DNA from: an uncultured Alphaproteobacteria bacterium
GTDB lineage: Bacteria > Pseudomonadota > Alphaproteobacteria > Rhizobiales > Hyphomicrobiaceae
Assembly (NCBI GenBank): GCA_963819775.1
Contig: CAWFXM010000012.1
Span: 391,319-455,318, forward strand
Direction of reading: 5' to 3'
Length of the DNA: 64,000 nt
The notes below the pieces were generated by a model. The model saw only the letters and a list, made by a program, of their open reading frames with translations. It had not been told where the DNA came from and did no database searches. Positions 1 to 11,684 of this stretch are shown here, piece after piece; position 1 is the first letter of the stretch; every line of letters begins with the position of its first letter. Position numbers and translations under genes: made by a program.

Positions 1-2740
1 GCCCGCCGCCGCGTTCACCGTCAGCGTCGTGTCTTCGGCGGTCGATCCCGTCTCGTCGTCCGCCACCGGCGCGTCGTTGACGGCGGTGACCGCGATGGTC
101 AGCGTGCCGGTGTCGGTGCCGCCGTTGCCGTCGGCGACGGTGTAGGTCGCAACGGGAACAGCGCCGTTGAAGTTCGCCGCCGGGACGAACGTGTACGTGC
201 CGTCGGCAAAGATGGTCAGATCGCCGGATGCGAGGTTCGCCGTGACGCCCGCCGCATACGTCGTGCCGCCGACCACGAACTGCGTGACCGCGAGCGCATC
301 GCCGTCGAGATCGGTGTCGCCGACGAGCAGCCCGGCCGCCGCATTCACCGTCAGCGTCGTGTCTTCGGCGGTCGATCCGGTCTCGTCGTCCGCCACCGGC
401 GCGTCGTTGACCGCGGTGACCGCGATGGTCAGCGTGCCGGTGTCGCTGCCGCCGTTGCCGTCGCTGACGGTGTAGGTCGCAACGGGAACCGCGCCGTTGA
501 AGTTCGCCGCCGGGACGAACGTATACGCTGCCGTCGCCGATGATGGTCAGATCGCCGGATGCGAGGTTCGCGGTGGCGCCCGCCGCATACGTCGTGCCGC
601 CGACCACGAACTGCGTCACCGAGAGCGCATCGCCGTCGAGATCGCGTATCGCCGACCAGCAAGCCCGCCGCCGCATTCACCGTCAGCGTCGTGTCTTCCG
701 CCGTCGATCCCGTCTCGTCGTCCGCCACCGGCGCGTCGTTGACCGCGGTGACCGCAATGGTCAGCGTGCCGGTGTCGGTGCCGCCGTTGCCGTCGGCGAC
801 GGTGTAGGTCGCGACCGGAACCGCGCCGTTGAAGTTCGCAGCCGGGACGAACGTGTAGCGAGCCATCGCCGAAGATGGTCAGATCGCCGGCTGCGAGGTT
901 GGCCGTGACGCCCGCCGCATACGTCGTGCCGCCGACCACGAACTGCGTCACCGACTGAGCGCATCGCCGTCGAGATCGCTATCGCCGACGAGCAAGCCCG
1001 CCGCCGCGTTCACCGTCAGCGTCGTGTCTTCGGCGGTCGATCCCGTCTCGTCGTCCGCCACCGGCGCGTCGTTGACGGCGGTGACCGCGATCGTCAGCGT
1101 GCCGGTGTCGCTGCCGCCGTTGCCGTCGCTCACGGTGTAGGTCGCGACCGGCACCGCGCCGTTGAAGTTCGCCGCCGGGACGAACGTGTACGAGCCATCG
1201 CCGATGATGGTCAGATCGCCGGCTGCGAGGTTCGCGGTGGCGCCCGCCGCATACGTCGTGCCGCCGACCACGAACTGCGTCACGCTGAGCGCATCGCCGT
1301 CGAGATCGGTATCGCCGACGAGCAAGCCCGCCGCCGCATTCACCGTCAGCGTCGTGTCTTCGGCGGTCGATCCCGTCTCGTCGTCCGCCACCGGCGCGTC
1401 GTTGACCGCGGTGACCGCGATGGTCAGCGTGCCGGTGTCGCTGCCGCCGTTGCCGTCGGCGACGGTGTAGGTCGCGACGGGAACAGCGCCGTTGAAGTTC
1501 GCCGCCGGGACGAACGTGTACGGCCGTCGCCGTTGATGGTCAGATCGCCGGCTGCGAGGTTCGCGGTGGCGCCCGCCGCATACGTCGTGCCGCCGACCAC
1601 GAACTGCGTCACGCTGAGCGCATCGCCGTCGAGATCGGTATCGCCGACGAGCAGGCCCGCCGCCGCGTTCACCGTCAGCGTCGTGTCTTCCGCCGTCGAG
1701 CCCGTCTCGTCGTCCGCCACCGGCGCGTCGTTGACCGCGGTGACCGCGATGGTCAGCGTGCCGGTGTCGCTGCCGCCGTTGCCGTCGGCGACGGTGTAGG
1801 TCGCGACGGGAACCGCGCCGTTGAAGTTCGCCGCCGGGACGAACGTATAGCTGCCATCGCCGATGATGGTCAGATCGCCCGATGCGAGGTTCGCGGTGGC
1901 GCCCGCCGCATACGTCGTGCCGCCGACCACGAACTGGGTCACCTGAAGCGCATCGCCGTCGAGATCGGTATCGCCGACGAGCAGGCCCGCCGCCGCGTTC
2001 ACCGTCAGCGTCGCGTCTTCCGCGGTCGATCCCGTCTCGTCGTCCGCCACCGGCGCGTCGTTGACCGCGGTGACCGCGATGGTCAGCGTGCCGGTGTCGG
2101 TGCCGCCGTTGCCGTCGGCGACGGTGTAGGTCGCGACGGGAACAGCGCCGTTGAAGTTCGCCGCCGGGACGAACGTGTACGAGCCATCGGCGAAGATGGT
2201 CAGATCGCCCGCTGCGAGGTTCGCGGTGGCGCCCGCCGCATACGTCGTGCCGCCGACCACGAACTGCGTGACCGACAGCGCATCGCCGTCGAGATCGGTA
2301 TCGCCGACCAGCAAGCCCGCCGCCGCATTCACCGTCAGCGTCGCGTCTTCCGCCGTCGATCCCGTCTCGTCGTCCGCCACCGGCGCGTCGTTGACCGCGG
2401 TGACTGCGATCGTCAGCGTGCCGGTGTCGCTGCCGCCGTTGCCGTCGGCGACGGTGTAGGTCGCGACCGGCACCGCGCCGTTGAAGTTCGAGCCGGGACG
2501 AACGTGTACGAGCCATCGCCATTGATGGTCAGATCGCCGGCTGCGAGGTTCGCGGTGGCGCCCGCCGCATACGTCGTGCCGCCGACCACGAACTGCGTCA
2601 CGCTGAGCGCATCGCCGTCGAGATCGGTATCGCCGACCAGCAAGCCCGCCGCCGCATTACCGTCAGCGTCGTGTCTTCCGCCGTCGATCCCGTCTCGTCG
2701 TCCGCCACCGGCGCGTCGTTGACCGCGGTGACGTTGAACG
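1..2740. repeat. Tandem ~330-bp coding repeat, at least 8 copies, near-identical at DNA level
   Basis: The landmark gttgaagttcgccgccgggacgaacgt (minor variants) recurs at ~167, 497, 828, 1162, 1491, 1822, 2151 and 2481. The unit encodes [109 protein letters not shown]. Confidence 0.9.
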
Positions 2741-5700
2741 TGATGGTATTCGGCGTCTGGTCGGTATCCTGGCCGCTGTTCGCCGTTCCGCCATCGTCCC
2801 GGACCTGGAACGTGAAGCTCGAGAGCGGGGTCCCGCTGGCGTTGGGCGCCGGCGTGAACACGAGCCACCCCAAGGCGATGTCCGCCGCGCTGACCGTCTG
2901 GCCGGCGATCACCGCCGCGCCGTTGTTCGTCAGCGTGCCGTTCGCCGGCAACGTCGTGATGATCACGGAATGGAAAGCGTCGGGCACGATCTCGTAGGCA
3001 TCGCTGAAGCCGAAATCGGCTGCCGAGAACGCGTAGACGACATCCTCGCCGATGGTGATGGCCTTGTCGGTACCCGCCGGCGCATTGTTGTTGTTGTCTC
3101 GGAAGAGAAGATCCTGCGCCATCGGAACGGCGTTGGAGCCCGAGGCGTTCAGGCGCGGATCACCGAGGAGATTGAGGGTCGTGGCGGTCCGATTTTCGTC
3201 GTTGGCATCGAAGCCGTCGTTGGCATTGGAGCCTTCGAAGATGTCGAGCAGGCCGTCACTGTCGGTATCGGCCGTCGACGTGATGGACGTGGGCTGGCCG
3301 TCGCCGCGCTCGCCAATGTCGGCGACACCGTCGTTGTCGCTATCGGCATCGAGATAATCGGCGGCATCGGCGCCATCGGTGTTGACCGGCGTCAGGCCGT
3401 TCGAGCCGGACGCGCCCGTGGACGGCGTCGCGTCGTAGGCGTTATCGAGTCCATCGAGGTCGGTGTCGGAGCCCGACGGCGCGACGTAGCCCGCGGTCGT
3501 CTGCGCCTCGACATTGTCGGTGATGCCGTCGTTGTCCGAGTCGATATCGACGCGGTTGACGATCCCGTCTCCATCGGTATCGACATCCTGGTAGGTCTGC
3601 AATGCGTAGGTGATCGGCAGCGTCGTGAAGCACGAACCGCGTGACCTGATCCAGCGGACGCCGACGACGTCGGTGCCGAAGACCAGGAACGTGCTCGTCG
3701 GCGTATCGAACGTGAAGGTGGCGCGGTAATTGTCCTGCTGCGTTCGATTGGGGTTGAGGATGACCGGGCTTACAGCGCCTTGCGCGCGAAGATCGGCAAA
3801 GCTGACCGTTTCTCCGGTGGCGGTCGTCGCCGCTGCCTCACCTGCGGCGTTGTTCGAGTAGGCGACCAGGAAATCGGTACCGTTCGCATTGGTCAGATTG
3901 CTCCACGTGCCGGCGACGTTCAGCGCCAGGGCGTCGACGTAACTGGGTCTGATCGAAGTCGTCGAGATCGAGGAACTGAAGCCCATTGATCAGCACGGTG
4001 CCGGCTGGCGACGTTGCGGTGATGCGCACGGACTCCGCGGTCCCGGAGCTGCGTCAGTGGTGACGGTGCTGCCCGAGATGGTCGCCCCGAGATTGTTGGA
4101 GATCGTCACAGTGACGGTGCCATCGGTCAGGATGATCGACAGGCTGGCCGTTGACCTGCGGGGCGGCTGCCGAGGCCGCGGCGTCATAGGTCAGCGAGGA
4201 CGTGACGGTCGCGGATGTCACGAGTACTCTGCTCCTGCTGATCGACGATGCCGTCGTTGTCGTCGTCGATGTCGGTCTGATCGATCACGCTGTCGGCATC
4301 CGAATCGAGCGAGACCGCGATCGCGGACGTCACTGCTGTCGAGTTGCTCGAGCCGTCGTTGACGACGACGCTGACAAGTCGGGTCGCGTTCACGGTCGAC
4401 ATGCGACGAGAACCCGATCTGCTCGATCGCGGCCTCGTAACTCGCCTTCGAGGCGACGCCCGTCAACGTCAGCACGCCGGTCGCCGAGTTATAGCTCGAA
4501 GCCGCGATGCCGGCCGGCAGGCTGCCACCGATGATGCTGAGCAGGTCGCCCGACTGGTGGTTGGTCAGGGTGATCGTCGCCGACGAGACGTTGGTGCTAT
4601 CGGCATCGATGATCCCGACGTTGGTGCTGGCGACCGCCACCGGCGCGGCATTCGTGACGTAGCTCGTCGTGTAGCTCGGCGCGTTGGTCGTGATCGAGAT
4701 ATCGTCGAAGTAGACGAAGTCGCCGTTGCCGAGATTGTTCGACGTCACGAAGCGGATGGTCGTTCCGCTCGCAATGTAGGCCGAAATATCCAGCGACAGG
4801 GACTGATATGCGGCATCGTTCGTCGGTCCGGCGATACGGCCGATCTCGGTGAATGTGCCGCCGGCCGACGTGGACGCCTGGATGGCCACATAGTCGTTGG
4901 CGTCATCGAGCGCGGCGCGCCGGTACGACAGGTTCAATGTGGCCGTCGTCGCTGCCGTCAGATTGGTAGTGCGGGCGACCTGAAGACCATCGTCGCCCAT
5001 CCGCAGGGAAATGTCGCCGATGTCGGTCACAAGTGCCGCGTCGCCGGCCGCCGCGCCACCCGTCGTGCTGACCTGCCACGCGCCGGTCCACCCGGTGCCA
5101 CCGGTCAAGTTGTTCGACTGGAAGTCGTCCGTCGCGCCGCCGTTCGCCGGCAGGCTGGCCGTGTTCAGATCGATCGTCGGCGGGGCCAGCAAGCCCATCC
5201 AGTCCGTCGCCGAAATCGACGTCGCCGCGATGTCGCCGAGTTCGGTCTCCAGATCCCAGTCGCCGCCCAGATCCGCGTGCCCCGTCGCGTCCGTCGATGC
5301 GGCGATATCCGCGCCGGTGATCGAGCCGAGCAGAATGGCGGCCTCGAGCCCGTCATCGCCGCCGGTGAAGTCACAGCCGTAAAGCAGAATATCGCCATTC
5401 GCCGAAAGCGCCTGGCCGATGGCGGTCAACTCGTCGAGATGCTGACCCTGCATCGAGGCGGCGTCGAGCACAGCCGTGCCCAGAAAGAGCCGGCCCTGCT
5501 GGCCATGCGACACGATGTGGATGGCGTCGAGATCGCTGCGGCCCTCGACGGCGGCGGCGATCTGCTCGACGCCGTCGCGGTTGGGATCGAGAAGCACCAC
5601 TTCCGCGCCATCCGGAATGGACGCCGAAATCTGGTCCGTATCGGTGACGGCGCTGTCGATGAACACGATGATGCGCGATTGGCCCGCCGCACTCGGCTCC

Positions 5701-6005
5701 AGCGCAGCCGTCATGAGGTCGTCCATGCCGGCTTCGGCCGCCGCTGCCGGCTCGATTGCGGCTGCCGCATCGTCGGCGGGCGCCGTGCTCGCTGCCGTGT
5801 CGGCCGCCGTATCATCCGCCGGAGGGGCGGCCTTCGCGGTGTCGTTGATGTCGGTCACGGTCGCGGCCATTGCGCCGTCGAAGGCGATGCGGGCCTCGAG
5901 TGCGCGATAGGCGATGGATGAACGCAGCATATCGGTCGCCGCTGCGGATCCGGCCTTGACGGGCTTTTCCGGGGCAAATGCGGACGGACGCAGGATCTTG
6001 TTCAT
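1..6005 (-). CDS. Giant repeat adhesin-like protein with its 3' end beyond the window. It has an N-terminal DUF4347-like domain, a lectin-like domain, Asp-rich Ca-binding-type repeats and at least 8 tandem 110-aa cadherin/VCBS-like repeats. The frame is broken at least 7 times.
   Basis: Minus-strand ORF pieces join into one protein if single-base shifts are allowed: 4218-6005 (MNKILRP..., with block [20 protein letters not shown]), 4184-4402, 3990-4187, 2598-3986 ([23 protein letters not shown] type repeats), 1424-2473, 948-2522 and 429-866. An AT-rich upstream region lies at 6006-6260. Confidence 0.7.
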
Positions 6006-6437
6006 CTTGATGATCTCATCCCGACAGAATACGGAGCTGGGCTAAACACCCAACTCGAGCTATGAGCAATTTGGTCTTTCTCTATTTCTAAAGCGTCAAT
6101 TGCAGCGCCCGGATTGTATTGTTTCGGGAGAAAATCAACGTTTCAATGGCAGCAAATCTATTAATGGTCGCATGGGTTATGGGGCTGCCGTTACCATTTC
6201 GAAACATTCGCAGCCAGAAACGCCGCCGATTAATTGTCGCGCTCTCTCCATTCCTGATGCGTGAAATCGCGGTCAAATCCCGGCCATGCGGGTCCGCCGC
6301 GGCGTCCGGACGGCCCTCCGGCAAAGGCCCTGCTCGAAGATTTGATCGCGTTGGCCCGGACCTTGCTTTTGCCGGAATTGCGGGCGCACGCTGAGGTTGT
6401 GATGCGCCTCACGCGTATCACAGGAGTACATCCAGTC

Positions 6438-6839
6438 ATGCTTGGAGCGGCTTTGTCTCTCGGCGTCCTCGCGGCGGCGTCGTTTACCGATTATCCCGCG
6501 TTCGTTCGTCCGGGCGTGCGCGTCGAAGCCGTCGTCGATCGCGGCCCGATCCGGGAATTGATCGTGCGCTGCCGAAACGGAACCGGCATTCTGTCCTATT
6601 CGAAGATCGAACGGACGTACTGCACGCCGGATTGGCGTTGCGCGCCAGGAACTCGACAGGGCGATCAGCCGCCTTTGCCGCTGAGGCGGCAGGTGCAAGT
6701 ACAATATCCGATCGGACGCCATCGCAGCGACGATCGACCGATCGGATGGAATTGCTTGGGAGCTACTTGTCGAGAGCCTCTTTATCGGACGGGCTTATCG
6801 CGATTGCATTTCCGTCATGTCCGACAACAAGTCCGGTGA
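6438..6839 (+). CDS. Hypothetical small exported protein (weak call)
   Basis: An internal ATG of ORF 6261-6839 is preceded by aggag at 6422-6426. The N-terminus MLGAALSLGVLAAASF is signal-like, but the C-terminal half is Arg-rich and may be out of frame. Confidence 0.2.
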   Translation: MLGAALSLGVLAAASFTDYPAFVRPGVRVEAVVDRGPIRELIVRCRNGTGILSYSKIERTYCTPDWRCAPGTRQGDQPPLPLRRQVQVQYPIGRHRSDDRPIGWNCLGATCREPLYRTGLSRLHFRHVRQQVR

Positions 6840-6869
6840 CGTGCGGGATCGAATTCAGCTTCGGCCGTT

Positions 6870-9047
6870 TCAGATGCCGCTCTCGCGGACCAGCACCTTC
6901 AGCGTCTGCCGCCACATGCGCTCCAGCAGGCTTTCCGGCCGGCCATCGAGGTGGATGACCCCGCGCTCGGACTTGTGCAGCGGCGCCGCCTCGTCGGTGA
7001 CGTCGAACACGGTCAGATAGCTGGCCGCCAGCGGTACGAGCTGCCTGGGTCCGTGCGCTTCTGCTTTCGGCCTGACCGCCAGCGGACCGCCGTGCTGCGA
7101 GGCCAGCTCCGCGATCTCGATCGTCGCCGAGGCCGAACTGGCCACGCTGGCGAGCTTCAGTTGCCGGCGGGCCAGCTGCGGGTCGTCGGGCGCGAACCAT
7201 CCGCCGTCACTCTTCACACCGCCAGTCGTGCCCCCGGTGCCATCCAACCGCGCCAGATCATGCTCCGACAGATAGCCGCGCGCGATCAGTGTGCCGCCGC
7301 CGCGGATCAGCGCGATCGGCTCGGCGCGTCCAATCGTGCGGCCCGGCTGCACCTCGAGATTGAGCTCCGCCACATCGCCCGCAATCGGGGTCCGCACCAC
7401 CAGCTCGGCGCGTTCCGCTTCGAGCCCCGCGAGCTGGCTGCGTAACGCCGCGCGCTCGCGCTCCAGCGACAGGCTGGCCGTCCGGTCCTGCTCGTCCGTT
7501 CCGCGCCGCGCCAGCCGCAACTCGACCAGCGCCAGCCGCCGCGACGCCAGCGTGATCCGGTGGACCAGCTCGGGCGAGCGCAAGGTGACGATCGGGTCGC
7601 CCGCGCCGACTTCCTGGCCCTGCCGGACATGCACCTCGGCCACCTCGGCCGGCCGCGGCGGAAACAGCCGCGTCAGCGATTTCGCCTCGACGATCGCCGG
7701 CAATTCGATCCGCGTCGACCACGGCACACTCGCGACCAGCAGCAGCGCCAGTGTCGCGCCGGCTGTCGTCCAGGCCCGCCGCCGCGTCCTGATCACCGCG
7801 CCCTGCCGCCACCACGTCCGCACTTCCGTCGCCGCCGGCCACAGCACGAAGTAGACGATCTCGACCAGAAACAGCGCAATGCCGAGCACCTTGAATGCGA
7901 GGTGATAGACCATCAACGCGATGCCGGTGAACAGCACCAGCCGGTACAGCCACACGGCCCATGCGTACCCGGCGAGGAAGCGCCGCGTGTTCCGCGGCAG
8001 CGGCTCCGGTGGCGGTGCGCCGAGACCGAACAGCACCTCGCGCATCCGCCACTTGCCGAACTCGAAGGCGCGGCTCTGCAGATTATCGATGCCGGCCATA
8101 TCCGACAGCAGATAGTAGCCGTCGAACCGCATCAGCGGATTGAGGTTCACCGCCAGACTGAGCACCCAGCCGACGGTGGCGATGGTGAACGCCACGCTAC
8201 GCAGAATGCCATCGGGCAGAAAGGCCCACAGCGCGGTGGCGATGCACGCCAGCGCCAGCTCGACCAGCATGCCCGCCGCGTCGATGGCGATCCGCTGCCG
8301 CCGCGATCTGAGCCGCCAGGCGTCGGTCACGTCCGTATACAACATCGGCATCAGCACCATCAGCGCGACGCCCATCGACGGCACCCGGCAGCCATAGCGC
8401 GTCGCCGTGTAGGCGTGGCCGAGCTCGTGCAGGCTCTTCACGACGATGAGCGCGAGGCCATAGATCACGGCCCCCTCCCACGAGAACAGGTGCAGGAACG
8501 TGCTCGTGAACGCATCCCACTGGCGCGAGACCAGATACAGCCCGGCGAGCCCCGTCGCCGCGATCGCCAGCCAGAACCCGCGCGTGAAGAACACCGCCGT
8601 CAGCGGCGCGGTGCGATCGAGGAACCGCTGCGGCTTGAACAGCGGCATCTTGACATAGAGGTAGTTGTGGATCGCCCACTTGATCCAGCCGTGGTCCTGC
8701 GCGCGGGCCACGTCCGCATAGGGCTTCCAGCCACCGAGCCGCGGCTCGACGGTCAACCGGTTGGCTTCGAGAAACTGCGCGAGATCTTCGATCTGGCCCT
8801 TGTCGACGGCCAGCCCGAAGCGTTCCGACACCGCCTGCGCCAGCGCCTCGCCGGTCATCTCCGGCGACCACATCGACAACACCTGGAAGGCGGTGCCGTC
8901 GATCTGAATATAGCGGTTCGACACCGGGTCGATCACCAGCCACGTCGGCGCGCCCGTCGCCGTGTCGGCGCCGCGTTCCAGCCGCAGCTCCTGTCGCAGC
9001 TCGGGGAGGGGCTTCGGCTCGGCGGGTTTCATCACAAGCCCGCCCAT
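6870..9047 (-). CDS. Site-2 protease (M50) family membrane metalloprotease fused to a C-terminal HlyD-like adaptor domain, with a possible PqqD-like N-terminal peptide-binding domain
   Basis: 725-aa ORF with an HELGH zinc motif inside a multi-TM region. The C-terminal half has HlyD-like coiled-coil/barrel segments (GDPIVTLRSPEL..., PIAGDVAELN). An alternative start at 9032 overlaps the upstream stop by 1 nt. Confidence 0.8.
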   Translation of the reverse strand: MGGLVMKPAEPKPLPELRQELRLERGADTATGAPTWLVIDPVSNRYIQIDGTAFQVLSMWSPEMTGEALAQAVSERFGLAVDKGQIEDLAQFLEANRLTVEPRLGGWKPYADVARAQDHGWIKWAIHNYLYVKMPLFKPQRFLDRTAPLTAVFFTRGFWLAIAATGLAGLYLVSRQWDAFTSTFLHLFSWEGAVIYGLALIVVKSLHELGHAYTATRYGCRVPSMGVALMVLMPMLYTDVTDAWRLRSRRQRIAIDAAGMLVELALACIATALWAFLPDGILRSVAFTIATVGWVLSLAVNLNPLMRFDGYYLLSDMAGIDNLQSRAFEFGKWRMREVLFGLGAPPPEPLPRNTRRFLAGYAWAVWLYRLVLFTGIALMVYHLAFKVLGIALFLVEIVYFVLWPAATEVRTWWRQGAVIRTRRRAWTTAGATLALLLVASVPWSTRIELPAIVEAKSLTRLFPPRPAEVAEVHVRQGQEVGAGDPIVTLRSPELVHRITLASRRLALVELRLARRGTDEQDRTASLSLERERAALRSQLAGLEAERAELVVRTPIAGDVAELNLEVQPGRTIGRAEPIALIRGGGTLIARGYLSEHDLARLDGTGGTTGGVKSDGGWFAPDDPQLARRQLKLASVASSASATIEIAELASQHGGPLAVRPKAEAHGPRQLVPLAASYLTVFDVTDEAAPLHKSERGVIHLDGRPESLLERMWRQTLKVLVRESGI

Positions 9048-10569
9048 TTCCGCGCCGCCGCGATAGGCCGGCGGAACAGGAAGAACCCGAGCGGCACGTC
9101 GTCGCCCGAAATCTGCGCCGTGCCGCGCACGCCCAGGCGCGGGGGCGGGCGGTTGCCGCTGGCCAACGTCGCGATGACGCGGAACGCGGCCACGTCGCCT
9201 TCGCCCGGCCGCGCCTTGTAGTCCGAACGGTCGATCTTACCGGCGAACGGCCGCAAGGGATCTGAATCGAGGAACGCCATGACGCGCGCGCCGGGCGTCA
9301 GCGCGATGGCATCCGCCACCGGCAGCTCGATCTTGAGTTCGATGGCCGCCGGATCGGCGATCTCCATGATGCGCTCGCCGACCGCCACCGGCTTGCCGGT
9401 CAGCTCACGCTTGTCGGCGAACACCGCGATGCCGCTGCGGGTGGCGCGCACCGCCGATTGCTCGAGCATGTCGCGCGCGTAGTTGCGTTCCGCCATCTTC
9501 AGCGCCAGTTCGGCGCGGGCGATGCCGAGCTCGTGCAGACCACGCGCGTCGGAAAACGCCATCTGCGTCGATTGCTTCAGCCGCGCGTCGGCCACCGTCA
9601 CCTCGCGCTCGGCGATTTCGAGGCGGTTCTTCAGCGTCGTGTCCGCCAGCCTCAACAGCACGTCGCCGGCCTTGACCGGCTGGTTCGGCTCCACGGCGAC
9701 GGTTTCGATCACGCCGTCGATCGGCGTTGCGACGACCAGCGCGCCGCGCGCGACGACCTCGGCCGGCGCCAGTGCGGTCAACGGCACCGGCACCAGCGCG
9801 AGCGCGCCCAGCACCACCGCCGTCGCCGCCGCATGCCGTTTCGACCATCGCTGCCAAGGTCGCGCCAGCTTGGGCGCCGCCAGCGCCGACCATGCGTGCG
9901 CATAGGCCCCGGCCAGCCGCTTGCCGACCACCAGATCCTGCTCGATCCACGCCGTCTCACGCGCGACCACCACCGCGCCGAGCATCGTGCCAGAGCGATG
10001 CCGCAGCGGCAGCGCGATGAGCGCGCGGAACGGATAGGCGGCGCCCGGGCCGCCACCCCCGTTGCTGTGCCCGCCGTCGTCCCCGGACTGCGGGTCGAGC
10101 GTCACCGCATCCGCCGCTTCGCCGGTCGCCAGTGCGGCGTTGACCATCGCTTCGATCCAGCCGACCAGCGGCGCGGTGCGATCGACGGCGGCGAGGCTCG
10201 ATACCGCCGTCACCTGCATCGCGCCCGGCCGGCCGGCCAGCACGAACACCTGGCGGGAGCGGACCAGCTTGCGCGTTTCGTTGGCGATCAAGTAGGCGAG
10301 ATCGCGCTCGCTCGCTGCCGCGCGCACCTCGGCTTCCACCCTGAGCAGCGCCACGAGGCCGGATTGCGCGTCCGCCGCGGCGACGGCCGGCCGTGCCGGT
10401 GCCGACGCCGACGCCGTTGACGCGGCCGCGCTTGCCTCTGGACTTGCCGCGGGGTTGGCCGCTGCCGCGTTGGCATTCGTCCGGTTTGGCCCGCCGCCGC
10501 CGCGTCCGTGGCGGGTCGCGGCGCCTGCGCACCTGTCGGCTTGCGAATGCGGCTGCTGATCACCGTCAT
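9032..10569 (-). CDS. HlyD-family periplasmic adaptor with a cytoplasmic GAF-like N-terminal domain; probable frameshift near 10490
   Basis: The C-terminal 300 aa of ORF 9032-11107 are HlyD-like (ATPIDGVIETVAVEPNQPVKAGDVLLRLAD...). An ATG at 10569 (ORF 10288-10569, MTVISSRIRKP) sits 7 nt after the upstream stop but in another frame. The span is 3n+2. Confidence 0.65.
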
Positions 10570-10575
10570 GGCGGG

Positions 10576-11361
10576 TTATCCGTTGGCCGGCTTGAAAAAC
10601 GCCGAGCCGCTCATCCCGGGCAGGATCTCGTCGGCGTCGCGCGTCTTCACGGCGATCACCTTGATCATCTGGCTGACCGGATCGACGGTTGCGGCGAGGC
10701 GCGACAGGGTCATCGGGTAGCTGCGCCCGGTTTCGTCGATGGCGAAGGTGAAGGCGTCGCCGGTCTTCAGCCACGTCAGCCACGACGACGGCACGATCAG
10801 CTCGATCTCGAGCCGGTCGGCGCCGACGATAGACAGGAACGGCTTGCCGGGGCCGGGCACTTCGTGCGCCTGCACGCCGAGCAAGGCGACGCGGCCGTCG
10901 AACGGCGCAACGACGACGCACTGGTCGAGCCGGGCCTTCAGCGCTTCGGCTTCCGCCGCGGCTTTGGCCACGCGGGCCTTCGAAATTTCCACGTCGTGGC
11001 GGCCGATGGCCTGATGCTTTTCGAGGAGTTTGTTGCTGTCGAGCGTCAGCTGCATCTCGCGATGCACCGCCTCGGCGCTGGCCGCTTCGGCGCGCGGCTT
11101 GCGGCAATCGAACTCGATCAGCGGCTGGCCGGCCTTGAAGCGCTCGCCCTCGCGAAAGTGAACCGACGTCACGCGGGCGCCGAGATCGGTCGAAAACGCC
11201 GCCTGATCGACAGCCCGCACCACGCCGCGGATCGGGATGGCATCGCCGTCCTGGCGCGTGTCTCCAGCCACCACCGGATTGCTCCCGGTCGCCGCCACGG
11301 CCCAGATGATCGTGCCCAGCAGTCCTGAACCCAGAACGCGGGTAATAGGTGAGGTACGCAT
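10576..11361 (-). CDS. HlyD/RND-type periplasmic adaptor (short form)
   Basis: 261-aa ORF with an N-terminal signal anchor, a lipoyl-like hairpin (IRGVVRAVDQAAFSTDLGARVTSVHFREGERFKAGQPLIEFD ... VVAPFDGRVA) and a coiled coil between its halves. Confidence 0.75.
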   Translation of the reverse strand: MRTSPITRVLGSGLLGTIIWAVAATGSNPVVAGDTRQDGDAIPIRGVVRAVDQAAFSTDLGARVTSVHFREGERFKAGQPLIEFDCRKPRAEAASAEAVHREMQLTLDSNKLLEKHQAIGRHDVEISKARVAKAAAEAEALKARLDQCVVVAPFDGRVALLGVQAHEVPGPGKPFLSIVGADRLEIELIVPSSWLTWLKTGDAFTFAIDETGRSYPMTLSRLAATVDPVSQMIKVIAVKTRDADEILPGMSGSAFFKPANG

Positions 11362-11684
11362 GTCACTCGTCCGAACCGGTCACGCCAGAGCCGACAACGG
11401 CTCCGGCAAAGCGCAGTATTCGGATAAAATGGCTTATGGAGCGTTAAGAGATTACAAGACAATTGACGTACCAAGTCACGGAATTCACGCCGTTTCTCTA
11501 CACGTCACTCGAGCATGATCGTTTGCGATGGAATCGCACCGCGATCCCATCTCAAACGTGAATCATGCTCTAATTCATAGCGTAGGAGTGCGATTCACGA
11601 TCTTGATTGTCGCGCCCCGCGCTTCAATCAAGAACGATCGCACTCCATGCGGCCCCCAGGCCAAGGTGACCCTCACGGTGGCCC

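Noticed and set aside
4344-5921. A long plus-strand ORF (525 aa) antisense to the adhesin gene. Similar long antisense ORFs occur at 7560-9221, 11757-13457, 16583-18619, 19180-20595, 22613-23890, 24088-26259, 27828-29705, 29363-30748, 45339-46523, 48816-49793, 49790-51745, 52109-53206 and 56579-58012.
   Set aside because: All are Arg/Gly/Asp/His-rich with no recognisable motifs. Each mirrors a well-supported gene on the other strand, which is typical of shadow ORFs in high-GC DNA.
6261-6839. The full 192-aa ORF as a gene upstream of the adhesin.
   Set aside because: The N-terminal third is Pro/Arg-rich with no start context. Only the internal ATG at 6438 has an RBS and a signal-like segment. 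Even that call is weak, and the C-terminal half looks out of frame.
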